A stretch of 64,000 bases of DNA from Moniliella sp. 'wahieum' (taxonomy: Eukaryota). A model generated the notes under the pieces. It was given only the letters and a program-made list of their open reading frames with translations, was not told the DNA's origin and did no database searches. Location of the stretch: contig RSEE01000047.1 in the NCBI GenBank assembly GCA_003971905.1, forward strand, positions 62,001-126,000, read 5' to 3'. Below, in pieces: positions 26,154 to 38,289 of the stretch (position 1 is its first letter; each line of letters starts with the position of its first letter). The position numbers and the translations under genes are program-made.

Positions 26154-28154
26154 TTACAGCTTGGGTTTTGGTGCTTCCGACGTTTCTGCTGAGCCCGCGG
26201 GCGGATGGATGGGCTCGTCATGAAGGAGAATGACATTGACCGTCATATCGTCCCGATAGCGACGCGATTCGGGCGATGGAATGGCCAAAAGTCCCGCCCA
26301 CACGATCCCGGTTCCCGCCGCCCAACGCGTTGCGAATCAAATGGGTCGACAGATTCTCATCAGCAAAGGTAAAAATCTGTTCGCCCTTGGCCGCCGGGGT
26401 CAAAGGGTTGCCCCTCCTTGGCTGGCACAGGCGATGCAGCGTCGGACAAGGCGAGCGCATGCGGTTGCCCCATCGAGCACTTGGGCCAGCAGCGCGTCCG
26501 CACGCACGTCACCCTTTAAGCCGGCAAGATGACCGGCCACCAGAGCCCCCACCTCTTCGTTCGGCAGCATGTCCCACAGCCCATCGGTAGCCATGACGAT
26601 ATGAAGCGAAGCTGCTTGCCCGCTTGAGGCGATCCGGGCGCGACCGTATCGGGGGCGGCACCGGAAGATAAGGGCCGCCAGTCGCCGAACCGGACCAGAG
26701 GCTCCGGAGTGACATAGGGCGGCGTCCGCAGCAGCCGAGGAATCCGACGCGCACCCGCCACCCCACCGGGAACGAACGCGTCGTACAGTCGCTCCTGCAG
26801 CGAGCGGTCCCACTTGTACACCGCGTCTCCAACGCACGAGTCGGCTCCAGACCACCGAGGACGCGACCACGCATGATTACCTGGTCTGCCTCTTGCGGCG
26901 GGTGCTCGGACCGCATCCGTGCCACCTCGTCGAGGTTCCGTCCCGTCTGGTCGGTAGAGAGGGGCTCAAACGTCCATACACCTGCTTTGGCATCCCAGAA
27001 TCCCCCCACGGCCCGACTATCGCCCGTGCACGCCACATACACGTCCCCCCGCGCACTGTCAATGTAGGTGAGAAGGGCGCACGAACCGTGCATGGCCGGG
27101 CGCAGTGCGGCGTAGGCCGCCTTCTGGCGCGCATCCAGGGACGGACCTTCGGCAGCCTCGTTCGGACGCGAGTTGAACAAGGTTTTGATCCCCTTGTCCC
27201 CGGCTGCGCTTGCCCCGGCATCGGGAGCTGGGGCCGACGAGCTGGCGGAGACGACCCTGCCTTGTGGAAGCGAAGCACTGGGCAACGCCGCCAGCGAGAT
27301 TTCGTACTCGTGCAGCAACTCGACTGGCGTGGCGCAAATTTCCTTGTCCAAATTGGAAAAGGCTGTGCGCAAAGCGCGTTCCACCAAGTCCGGGTCGGAT
27401 TCGGGCGTGGCAGGCGGAGCAGCGCTGGCGGACGGGGGCGAACGAGAGCCCAACAGCCCCCCTAACGACAACCACGATCCGCTCTGCTGCTTTTGCGACG
27501 CCACCTGCGCATACTCGGCCGCTTGGCGGAACAGCTTGTCGAGCTCGAGCGCGACAAACGGAATCAGTTTCTGCGCTAGGAGCGTCGATGTGGCCGCGCC
27601 CGCATGACCATCCATCACGGCAAAGAAACACAGGTCGCCCTTGTCACTTTGCGAGCCAGGCGTAGGCCAGTCGCGCTCCACAATCACTTCGGCCCGCTTA
27701 TCTTCGCACGGGGAATTGGAAGCGACCGAGTTGGTATCGAACCGAGCCACCCGGCACGCGCCAGGGGGACGATCCACGCGCGTGGACCGTTCGTGGGCAC
27801 GAAGCACACTGTCCACCTCATCGGACGCAAGCGCAGTAACGACCTTGTACCCGCCGCCTTGGGCCTTGGAGCGCACGGAAAAAGTGGCCGGGGCAGAGGT
27901 GGCGAGACCGCGTGCGCCCTCCTTGGGCGTAGGGTCCGTGTAGAGGTACCAACTCCCAACGTCACGCACCCGGCCACGGCGGCATACGCGGGCCAGTGCA
28001 TCCGCAGATGCTCTTTGAGCACCGAAGGCGGGGGCGTCTTGCCGGTCGAGAAGGGACGGTGTTGGAGCGCGGGCGAACGAAGCAGAGCAGCAGGCAGCTC
28101 GGGGGCAAAGGGAGGGAGGGACAAGGAAGATACGTGGGCCAACCGGCTCGCCAT
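26154..28154 (-). CDS. PTC5: PP2C-family (pyruvate dehydrogenase) phosphatase Ptc5
   Basis: 'SNSPCED', 'FFAVMDGHAG', 'YVACTGDSRAV', 'GRVLGGLEPTRA', 'VMATDGLWD', 'HLIRNALGG', 'SRRYRDDMTVNVI'. Presequence 'MASRLAHV..' plus a hydrophobic segment. Ends EAPKPKL*. Confidence 0.92.
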
Positions 28155-28401
28155 GTATGCCGGCGTGCCGACGGAGCGGGACGCGACCGCCGGGACTCGG
28201 CGCACACCGCGCCGCACGGGGGGGAGGGGGACAGATGGCTGCTGCTGCCCTTGCGGGCGGCAGCGGGCTCGTCTGCGGCCGAGTCGGACCCGGACGAATC
28301 GTCGTTGAGCCAGGCAGAGGAGGAGGAGGAGGTGCGGGTGGCACTGGATCCGCCCACGCCGGCCGAGTGGCCGAGTGGTACGCGCCGCGGAGGGAGCGGC
28401 T

Positions 28402-28540
28402 GCTGTGGGTGTGGCTGTGGCTGTGGCCGTGGGTGTGGCTGTGGGACTTGGCGCGGGGGTCGGGATGGGCGGAGGCGGCGCGGCGGCTGGCAGCCCGGGG
28501 GCAGCCGGGAGCACCGCCGGGAGCACCGCCGGGCGCGCCG
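28402..28540. repeat. (GTGGCT)n hexamer repeat and 14-bp tandem GCCGGGAGCACC(GC) in the PTC5/ASI divergent promoter
   Basis: gtgggtgtggctgtggctgtggccgtgggtgtggctgtggg; gccgggagcaccgccgggagcaccgccggg. Confidence 0.7.
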
Positions 28541-28962
28541 AGGGCGGCCCAGCGTGCGGACGACGGGAGTGCGCCTGCCTGGGTGGCGCGCGCAGACACG
28601 CAGGCGGAGGGCGGCGCGCGCAGCAGCAGCGGCAGGCCGCAACGCAGCGGCGCGGTGGGGCAGCATGGGCGGCGCGGCTCGGCGGGCTAAGCGGCGGGCG
28701 GAGGGCTGGGCAGCGCGACGAGAGCGGTGTTGGCCAGAGCAGAACGCCCAGCAAAGGCATCTACCCGACTCAGCGGCCCAGCGCAGGGGCAGCCTGCCCG
28801 CACACTGCCCGCATGCGCCCCCGCCCTCCGCCGTCTCCGTGCATATTGCATGCCCAACGTCATCGATCACCCACAGCCGCCGTCCCTCAGCCGTTGCCTG
28901 CCCGCCATTCCGCCCCTGGTCCAGCCCCAGCGTCTCATGGCCGTCCCCATCGAGTGAAATGT

Positions 28963-28986
28963 TCAACGTTCAACGTTCAACGTTCA
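28963..28986. repeat. 7-bp-period TNA-palindrome array
   Basis: TCA ACGT TCA ACGT TCA ACGT TCA. Confidence 0.9.
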
Positions 28987-29045
28987 GCGCGCTCAGCACG
29001 CCTGGCCCCGCTGCGCCACCGTCTGGCCAGTGTTTGTGAGGCACA

Positions 29046-30875
29046 ATGCTTGGCATGCGCCCAGCCACCACCACCCGCTTGGCCGCGCGTCTGTCTTCCA
29101 TCCCGAGAGCGGCCATCTGCTGCGCACGCCCATGGAGGATCCCGGGACATTGATCCGATGGATGGCCCCGCTTGTGCCCTATCAGGGTGCCCGCTGGATG
29201 CGCCACCGTGGCCCCATCGCTGGTCGGCTCCATGCGCTCTTCCCAGCTGCGCTGGCGCTGCTGGCCGCGAGCATGGCACTCGCATGTGCATCCGCTTGGG
29301 GGTCGACTCCGCCAGCCCGGCTATGCTACAATCCACGTTCTGGGCGTATGGGACCACGACTCTTGTTGCCTCGGGTCTTCTGATCGGGGCCCTGACGTCG
29401 CGGCCACAGTGGAAGGATGGGCTAGTTTGGACGGCAGCCCGCTTGCTCGTTCCATACATGCTCCTCGCACCCCTGCTTCAGCTCCGGGGGGGGGTGAGAC
29501 TTCTCCACCGTTGCCATTTTCTAATGAAGGTCATTTCCCTTGGTATGCATTGATCGCCCTCTTGCCCTAGGGCTAGACACTCTGCACATGGTGGTCATCG
29601 CCATCGCCCCATCCCCCAGTCCTCGCATGGTCTCCTCCACCTTGGCCACCGCGTTGATCCTTCTGGCCTGGGGCAACCTTGCGCTTCAAACGTCGTCGGT
29701 TGTTTCGTTGCTGCTGCTGAGTTGGTACGCAGGCACCCTAGCATTGCTTTATTTCACTCTTCTTGCCCTCGCGGCCCGGTGGGCAGCGTACCAATTGGTT
29801 GGTACCCTGCCCCCGTTCTCAACCACGCTCCACCCCGACACCGACTTGACCTCAATGTCATTTTCAGGCCTGGTGGCGTACGTCGTGTTCCACTTGATGG
29901 CACGGCTTGGGCCCATCACCACAGTTGACGAATCAGACCACCAAGTCGATCCCGGCGAGGGATTCAGCACCTTGGTCCACCTGGGGACTGCCAACCCATC
30001 AGAAGGCGCGGATTCCCCCTCACACTCTGTTTCTGAGTTGGGGTGACCCGTCATGCGGAGGTGAACCCTGCCACCCCTTTGTCGACTCGGATGCAGTGGA
30101 AGGCTTTGGGATCGAGGTGCGCCAGGTGGCCGTCACACCTCCCTCACCGCTCAACCTGACACAAGCGCAGCCGAGGCTTGCTTTGACTGGGATGCAAGCA
30201 TTACTACGCTCATTTACTGCGGAGAATGTACATCGCGGCCGGTACGCAGCTCGGACGTATGTACTTGGCTTTCACTTGGCTCCTAGTCGGACGCAGGCGA
30301 GCTCCCCTGCGCCCGATACCTGTCCGACCCCCACCCTCCTCGATACGTCAAGAGACCAACACAAACTTCTCGTATCCTTGCCATGGTAGAGGAGGAAGAA
30401 ACATGGTGCTCGCTCCCCTCTCCGCCTTTACTGGCCAAAGTGGAGCACGGTCCGGCTCTTTTGGCATGGCCGGTTGGGAGAGATCACACAGCTACGTATG
30501 GTGGAGGAACATCGACTGCGCACGAATTCAAGCAGCAGATTCTCTCTTCCCCGAACAGTTGGAAGGGGGGCACGTTCAAACCCCATCCACCGCATCAAGG
30601 GTGGCAGATACCTCCCCGTGGCCGCCCCTGACCTTACCACCCCTTCAAGCGGGCTGGGGGTTGAAGATGTCCCGGCACGAGGAGAACATGGCATGTGCTG
30701 TGTGGTATGCTATGCCTCCCCACGGAGCGTCATTCTGTGGCCTTGTCGGTGCGTCAACCTCTGCGAAGGGTGCCGGATCGCTTTGGCCGTGAGGACCGAT
30801 GCGGCGAACCAAAAGGCACTGTGCCCGACGTGCCGCACCCCGGTGCGTGGATTTAGTCGGTTGTTCTTTCCATAA
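29046..30875 (+). CDS. Asi1/Asi3-like multi-pass membrane RING E3 ubiquitin ligase; start uncertain
   Basis: Several hydrophobic segments at 29200-29910. C-terminal RING 'CVVCYASPRSVILWPCRCVNLCEGCR...CPTCRTPVRGFSRLFFP*'. Confidence 0.8.
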
Positions 30876-31640
30876 AGAGATATCCATTGTATATTATTTG
30901 TCCTCATTTGCAAACACCCTCTTCTGGACGTGCGGAATGGGTAAACTCTATCGCCCTCTGACCTGTCCAACCTCCCCAGGCCACGCAACAACGATGTGCA
31001 TACAAAAAGCAGAGCAATATATGGGAGGGGGGCTCTTTTCGTTCAAGGGGGTAATCTGCTACTCCTGACTATAGAATACGGTCGAATTGTTGGCCGGCCG
31101 ACGCCCTGGTGACTGGAGGAGAGAGCCTTGTTCTGGCACACCCAAGGGCAAGCCTTCTCATCCACTCGCTTCAGCGCAAGGTGTCAAGTATATACATCGC
31201 CCCCATTGCCAAAACTGATACCGCAACAGCGCACGATACATAGAGCGGGACAACGAGCAACTCGGGCGTGCCGAGGTGCCAGACAAAAGTGCAATGCGTC
31301 GGTAGTACAGAAGAACTGCTGTGCCCGACAGAACCGGGTGAAACGTCAAAACGGGGCGCCGGGTAAAAGGCGCTGGAAGAACGGAGGGTTAATTGATCGA
31401 GACTCGATAATGGGCGATAATCCGACAATTCCGCAACCGCATTTCGCATGCGTCTGACATGGTCTCTCCTCCGACCATATCACTGCCATTAGTCACTAGT
31501 CACCAGTCACGGCATGCTCATCCATATTTCCTCTGTGAGCCATCCATTTCTTCCACCCCATCCATTGGTATTCTTCGCCAGAAGCGCGACTGCCTCTCAT
31601 CCCTCCGTGATCGGTTAACACCATCGATCCATTTGCCCGG

Positions 31641-33176
31641 ATGCCGCCCCGCTACGCCCTCAATCCACTCGTCGTCGAAGGCACGATCGAGCCGCCAGTC
31701 AGCGTCGCGCGCAGTTGGGTCTATCCCCGCCCTGGCGCGCCCCAACCGCAGCGCCCGCTCATCAACCTCAGCCAAGGCGTCCCTGGTGTCGCTCCTCCAG
31801 CCTCTTTTGTTGCCCGTCTACAGCGTGAGCCGGTCGACTGGGGCTATGGCGACAATTTTGGTGCCCCTCTCCTGCGGCAGGCACTGGCACGCGACCTGAA
31901 CCATGTCTACCGCCCCCACTCCCGTGTCGATGCCAAGCAAGCCATCAAGGTCGAGGACATCTGCATTACCGCCGGCTCCAATTTGGCCTTTGCGACAATT
32001 GCTCAGGTCCTGGCTGCCCGCGGCGACGGCATCCTTCTCCCCACGCCCTGGTACTTCAACCACTACATGACGTTGACTGCCTTGGGGATTGCTGCCATTC
32101 CCGTGGCTACCCATGCGCCCGGCTTCGAGGTCGACCCCGCTGCGGTCAAACAGGCCTTGGCAGCCGCCCGTGCTAAGGGGACGACGCCCAAGGCGCTGGT
32201 GATTGTTACTCCTAACAATCCCACCGGTGCGGTGTATCCCGCCTCGCTTCTCGCCCAACTCGCTCTGTTGGCCCGGGAGGAAGAGATTGCTCTCGTGCTG
32301 GATGAAACCTACAAGGATTTCCTCCTGGCCCCACAATGGGAGAGGGACAGCGTCACCGTGCTACCCCACACACCCTGTTTGAAGATACATTGCCGGATCA
32401 AGGGCCGGCCGGATGGGATTGGCGAGAGAGTACGTTTTGGTTTGGATTTTCTTGCTTGTTGTCCCTGCTACTGACCTGGATCGGCAGCGGTGGTCCAGCT
32501 GATCTCCTTTAGCAAGTCGTTTGCCATCCCGGGCCATCGGCTGGGTGCGTTGGTAGCCCACCCTTCGCTCATGGCCACCGTCGACCGCCCATCGATCCTA
32601 ACAAGGACATTCTTTCCGCCCGAGCAGCAATCGACCGTCCTCACCTACGGTCCCGTGGCCAAGGTGGTGGATGACCTGCAAATCTGTCCACCCGTCGGCT
32701 CGACGCAGGATGTTGTGGCCTGGGCGCTGGCCGACCCAGAGCTGATTCGGTGGCGGGCCGAGGAGGCAGCTGCGATCCAGGTGCGGCGAGAGACGTTTGC
32801 GGATGCCCTGGCCAAGCTGGAGGTGCATTCGACCCAAGCGAAATGGGCAGTCGAGTCGTCGGGCGGGTACTATGCCTATGTGCGTCACCCTTGGGCCCAG
32901 TACCTTGACTCGGAATCGGTGGCAAGGGCACTAGCCACCCTGGTCGGCGTCAAGACCCTGCCGGGCGCCTTTTTCATGCCCCCCGGCAGGCGAGGCCCCA
33001 GCCCTGGCCCCGGGGGTAAACCGGTGCTGCGCAAGGACTGGACAGAGGATGACCCAAAGGATCGTCTGCGCTTTTCGGTAGCCAATGTGGATCTGGCCAC
33101 GCTGCAGGAAGTGCCATCGCGCTTGGTGCTTTTGGACCAGCTGTGGACGGAGAAGGGGATTGGCTTTGGCCTCTAA
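31641..33176 (+). CDS. PLP-dependent class I/II aminotransferase
   Basis: 'LINLSQGVPG', 'ICITAGSNLAF', 'PTPWYFNHYM', 'VTPNNPTGAVYP', 'LVLDETYKDF', PLP lysine 'SFSKSFAIPGHRLG', 'LRFSVAN'. Intron about 32430-32487. Confidence 0.92.
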
Positions 33177-35400
33177 TCTTTCCCTGTTGGTGGCGTTCAT
33201 TACAATTGCTCTTCAAGCGCCAAGGCTGTCAGTCTATCAGCGCCACTGAAAGTATGTGATAAGCAGCACATCGCGATCGTTCCATCTGTTAAGAGGATTG
33301 GGAGACGTGGAGGTAGACGATAAGACAGAGGACAGTAGTTCAAACCGGAAACGATCATTAGCGAAACAAAGTAGCTGGAATCCCATTGCGCTATAATATA
33401 AGAGTGAAGTCATCTTCACTGCTTGACACTCAATGTCAGCCCCGTCAGGGAGAGGCCAGGCTTAGCGCCAAAGATAAATGGCAGAAGTTAAGCGCGCACA
33501 GTAGGGTAACGCCCACGACGGCTTTATACGCAGGACGAGTGGCATTGGCCAGCAGCAAGCATGACACCTAAGTTCATTTGAAGTGGTTCTGACTGTACAT
33601 CCACCATATGCAGGGCATCATGGATAAATACTGCCCCACGCAGCACGATAGGTTGAGATCTTGTCGGTCCAGGTAGACTTTGTCACTTGTGATGAACCGC
33701 CAATGAAGGTGATGGTGCTTTGGAAGCCATAGAGACACCCACAACCTCAAGAATCCGGCATGTTCCAGTCCTGGAGCAAATTCTGTTTCCAAGATGGCTG
33801 CATTGAAATGGCTATGAAATGAAGGTGAGCTGAGGAAGGAACCCCCATGCACGCCGCAGATCCGCCACCCACGCACCCAGCTCAGTTGCCCTGGTTCGCA
33901 AGCCGGTCGAAATATGGATGACAACTCAGGATCTTGGCGTATTGGACTTGGCCGAGGGAGTCACAACAGAAAAGCAATAAGCGCTATACCAAAAGTACCT
34001 CCGGCTGTTGAAGTGTGTAACTGACGTGAGTTCTCGTAAATTCGTAAGAATAAGGTGAAGGAGTCAAAAGGACGAAGCGAGAAGGGGGAAGGGCGGCCAT
34101 AGTACAAATCAGATTTAGAGAGAGATTGTTCGGGGTATAAGCACAACAAAAGTATCATAAGCAACAGGGTGGTGGGCTTCAGGTGGCAAGCCATATGTGT
34201 GCAGGGCAGGTTTATATAGTACAGAAATGGGATCAGGCTGATCAGGCCTCAGTACTACAGGTGTAAAAGAGGATGTCGTCGGAGTAGGCTTAACGAGACT
34301 AACATAATGCCTTTTGAAGAGATGCCTACACTGCTTGTGGGGGGCTCTGCGTCCGCAGATAACAGGACCGCCCTGCAACAACAGTACACCACCCATGGTG
34401 CTGTTTTATCTGATGAGAATATCCCCTACTACGTTCTGCCCCTAACGGGGGCTCATATCTTGGAATCAATCCATTATCTTTCTATGGCGTATTGAGCCTA
34501 CAGCTTTCTGTCCAGACGCGAGGCTGTCAACCTGTCCGCTTGAGTTGCCCCCGAACTCCTCATTATCAGTACACCAGTGCATGGTGGTCTCCATCAGGTG
34601 GGACTCCACTCTGGAAGCTCTACTGGCGACGTCTTCTCGACATTGAGTCTCTTCTGTCAGCTAACCAGCACATGTAAGCGGCCGCCGTCGCCGCCACAGC
34701 TGCTCCCCACTCCCCTTTCGCTGCCCCCGAACTGGTGGCCACTCCTCCCTCCGTCGCCACCACGCCGGCTACCCCCGCTGGTACCGTACGGTAGGCCAAG
34801 GCGCCTTTTATCACACCTTGTCCGTTATATTTGTGTCCTCCGAAACCTCCACGCGTGTATACTCTTCGGCTTGTTCGCCCTGTCTCTTTCACGGGTGTGG
34901 CGGGGCAGAAGGGTTCCTCGTTGAACGTACGCATGCAACCATCACCATTGCGATTGCATCGTTCTAGTATACATTTCCAAAGGTTCACCAACACATCCAA
35001 ATCCTTTTGGGTTCCTCCGGTCTTACATCTGTGCCATATATACACTGCAGGGCACTATACATAAACAGGATGTGGAACCGCAGAATCGCTTCCTGTGTCT
35101 TATTAGGGAGCCCGTCGCGGTGGAGTGCTATAGCGTGCCCTGTGCCCAACAATCCCTGAAATGTCTGGGTTTATATATACACCGACGAAGACCACACAGC
35201 GTGGAAGGCTGTGGCTACCGTCGCCGGGGGAGAGGAGAGGGGTCAGTGACGTTAATATATCTGCGAGGAGGACGTGGCTACTATTGTGAGATACATAGTG
35301 TGTGGTTATCGAGAGGCCGTCCCAATTAGCTTTTCTTGTGTGGAGCCACCGCGGGTGGCTCGTGTGTTTTGGTCAAACCTCGTCCCTTTTTCAGTCCTCT

Positions 35401-35423
35401 TCAGGCCTCAGGCCTCAGGCCTC
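35401..35423. repeat. 7-bp-period TNA-palindrome array
   Basis: TCA GGCC TCA GGCC TCA GGCC TC. Confidence 0.9.
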
Positions 35424-38208
35424 GGCCTCACAGGCGTTGGAGTTCCGTCGTTTTGCCGCTTCTCATCCGTTTTCCTTGTTCGGCAGCTTATAGCCCCTGG
35501 CGGCAACTATTGGCTGCTTTGATGTTCCTCCGTATATAGGCTAGGGACGGCTGGCTTATTGCTCCACCACCGCGTGTCACTAGTGCCTTTGCATCACGCT
35601 CGATGAGGACCACATCTGAACTCCAGGCCTCAGGCTGTGGCCTCATCGCGTGCATGGAGCTATCCTATATTGCCCGTGGGAAGATGTGCATGACTTTGCG
35701 CCAAGGCCTCCATTATGCCGAAATGCACCAGTGCATCTGCACTTCTCCATTCAGTAATACTCCCAGTACACTCAGTATACTCTCAGTACGTTCAGTCAAG
35801 GTGTGCAGAGCCCCTGTCCGCATAACTATGCTATGCATCAAGAAGCAATGCATGTCACAATGACATTGTTCCTGGGACATATGTGACTGAACCCCGTGCA
35901 CTATCCTAGTGTGTTGGCCCGAGACGTCCGCCAAGCACACCACCGCTGAAGCATTGCTCCCGCGTCCCTTCTCGCCGCCCCCGCATCGATCATTATGCAT
36001 TAATCGAACTAATGGACTAATCCCTTCTGCGAAAACAGGGCGTGGTACTGTGCTGGCTGGCAAATGCCACAACGTCAATTCTCAATAGGGCATTTACCGG
36101 ATTCATATTCCTTTTCGAGCTTCATGCTCTATGCTTCATGGACGCGACGGAGGGAATGCGAGAGGCCCCCACAGCTAAAGCGGCGCGCGCAACACGTCAC
36201 TGGTCGCCCCCTGAGGTCTGAGGGCCTGACTAGCTGACTAGTGACTAGCGACTCAGGGTACTACTCAGACGCTATTGACTTTTTCTGTAGCGCGAACGTT
36301 TGCTTTCAAGCATCACATGCAGGCGCCACGATGGTCGATGATACCGATGATGCAGCAGCACAGTGCACGATGCTTTGCGGGCAAATGTGCGTTAGAGGAG
36401 GAGAGCGGAGTGGAGCGGAAGCATGCGGTAACCGATTATAACCTGTGACACGCGCGTACCGCGTAACGCCAGTGTATTAACATGCAAGCCTGGTAGCACA
36501 TGGCACACACATCTCATGGCCGCATCGATCATCGATTATCGACCTCGACCTCATCCATGCACACACTCAAAGAAACATAGCTCTGCCATCCTGTGGAAGC
36601 TTCCTCAGGCCTTAGGTACATATAGCCGACACATGCTGTACTCCGTCTCGCGTTACGCGCTACGTATGGCCGACGTGGACGACGAGAGAGAGACGAGGGA
36701 AAAGCTGAGGCGAAAATACTGCTCTTCCTCGTCATCGCGTCATCATGCATCATGCATCATACATCCCATGCACCACATCAGACTCTTGCTTGCCTGGACC
36801 TCACCCGTATTAACAAAAGCTCCCCTACAAGCCGCGAGGAAGCGAAGGCGGGCCTATACGGCGTGGCTTTTGGGGAGGGATAGATGATCGAGATATTGAT
36901 GAAGTTTGAACTTTGATGCGTCGATAATCGATAACGGACGTGTTACGACTGTGCCGGAGATGCTGCTGAGAAAGGAAGCACTCAAACATCTTCGGGGGAA
37001 TGGGGCAAGGGACGGGCGGACTGGATGGGACTGTGGATGCGATAGAGAGGAGGCTGGCGAGAGTGTGTGTGTGACTGATAGCTTCCAGCCTTCGGCCTTG
37101 TGGGCCCGTCCCGCCACACTGCCTCCGTCCTGGTTGTTTGAGGTACATGCGATACCACGAGGCCGCCTTGGGGGCTGTCTTGCTCGTCGTCCCTATCGAT
37201 CTATCGACTATCGGTCACTCGGTCACTCGGTCATCCACCGTTGAGTACTTGAGTACTCAGACTGAGTACAGACAGGTACAAACTCGTGAGGTCGGTGACC
37301 GGTGACGGTGAGGTGGCTCGAGTGACTAGTGACTAGAGTGACCAGTGACAGTGACTATCGCGACGGCCGATTCCAGGCGGCCCGGGGCCACTGGACCGGG
37401 CTGGCACGGGGGCACAGCTTCTCTATCGCCCAGCTGCCCATGGGGTTAAGTTTATCGATCTCATGCTAAATTCCGCATGGGCTGCGGCAGCAGCTGCAGC
37501 GCATCAGTCAGCTGGCCAGTCCTCATGCGCTCATGCACTCATGCACTCGTGCGCGCGTGGGGCCGGTTTTCCCAGCCAGGAACCCAGTTTGCCACAGCCA
37601 CTCCATGCGAGACAGCTGCGTGCACTCGCGTCCCCCGGCACAGCGCCAGTCTGCTGCGGCGAATCCGCTCGGGTGGAGCGTGGCGCGTGGTGGGGTACAC
37701 TGGACAGGAACGGCGGTGCGTCTATCGCATGCGTGCGCGGACGGGAGGACCCTCGTGTCCGGGGCATATCGCCCTTCGAGGAACCGAACGTCACGACACC
37801 CCCCCCCCAGCACGGGCATGGCGCCAGTGTGCGCCGCTATCTCCCTCGGGCGTTTTAGATTGCTCCGTTGTCGCAGCAGGCAAGTGTGGGTGGATGGTCG
37901 CGCAGTGGGCCGCATGGAATCGGCAGCCGCGTTGGGCTGGCCCGACTGGGCAGCCCAGCACAGCACCGCATCGCCCCCCCAACGCTCTCTGCCTGCTCTG
38001 GCTTGCCTCGCGTGGGGCACAGAGCCAGTGTAAGCGTTATCCACGCCCGCTGCTGCCCTGCTGCCAGGCTCCGCATGGGCAGCAGTCAAGCCCACGCCTG
38101 CCAGCATCGCAGCCACGCAAACACATGGCCCCCAGTCCGTCGGCCTCGCACTGCACCAGCGAAGGACCCGCCCGCCAGAGCTGCCAGAGCCTGCGGGCCG
38201 ACCTGCGG

Positions 38209-38215
38209 TATATAA
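38209..38215 (+). promoter_or_regulatory. TATA box upstream of the amino acid permease
   Basis: TATATAA about 80 bp before the ATG at 38290. Confidence 0.55.
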
Positions 38216-38289
38216 GGCACCAACACCATGCGGTTCCCCAGCTTCTTCCTCTCTATCCCGCCCGCCTCTCTCTCTCCTATCGCCTCGCC

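Noticed and set aside
25321..26233. ORFs of 300 and 187 aa between SMI1 and PTC5
   Set aside because: No recognisable motifs, and they overlap the PTC5 3' end antisense. Probably spurious, though an orphan gene cannot be excluded.
27996..29553. Long overlapping ORFs (300-390 aa) in the PTC5/ASI divergent region, and similar ones near 14400-15100 and 37460-38500
   Set aside because: Very high GC suppresses stop codons. The translations are low-complexity R/A/G/P sequence with no recognisable domain.
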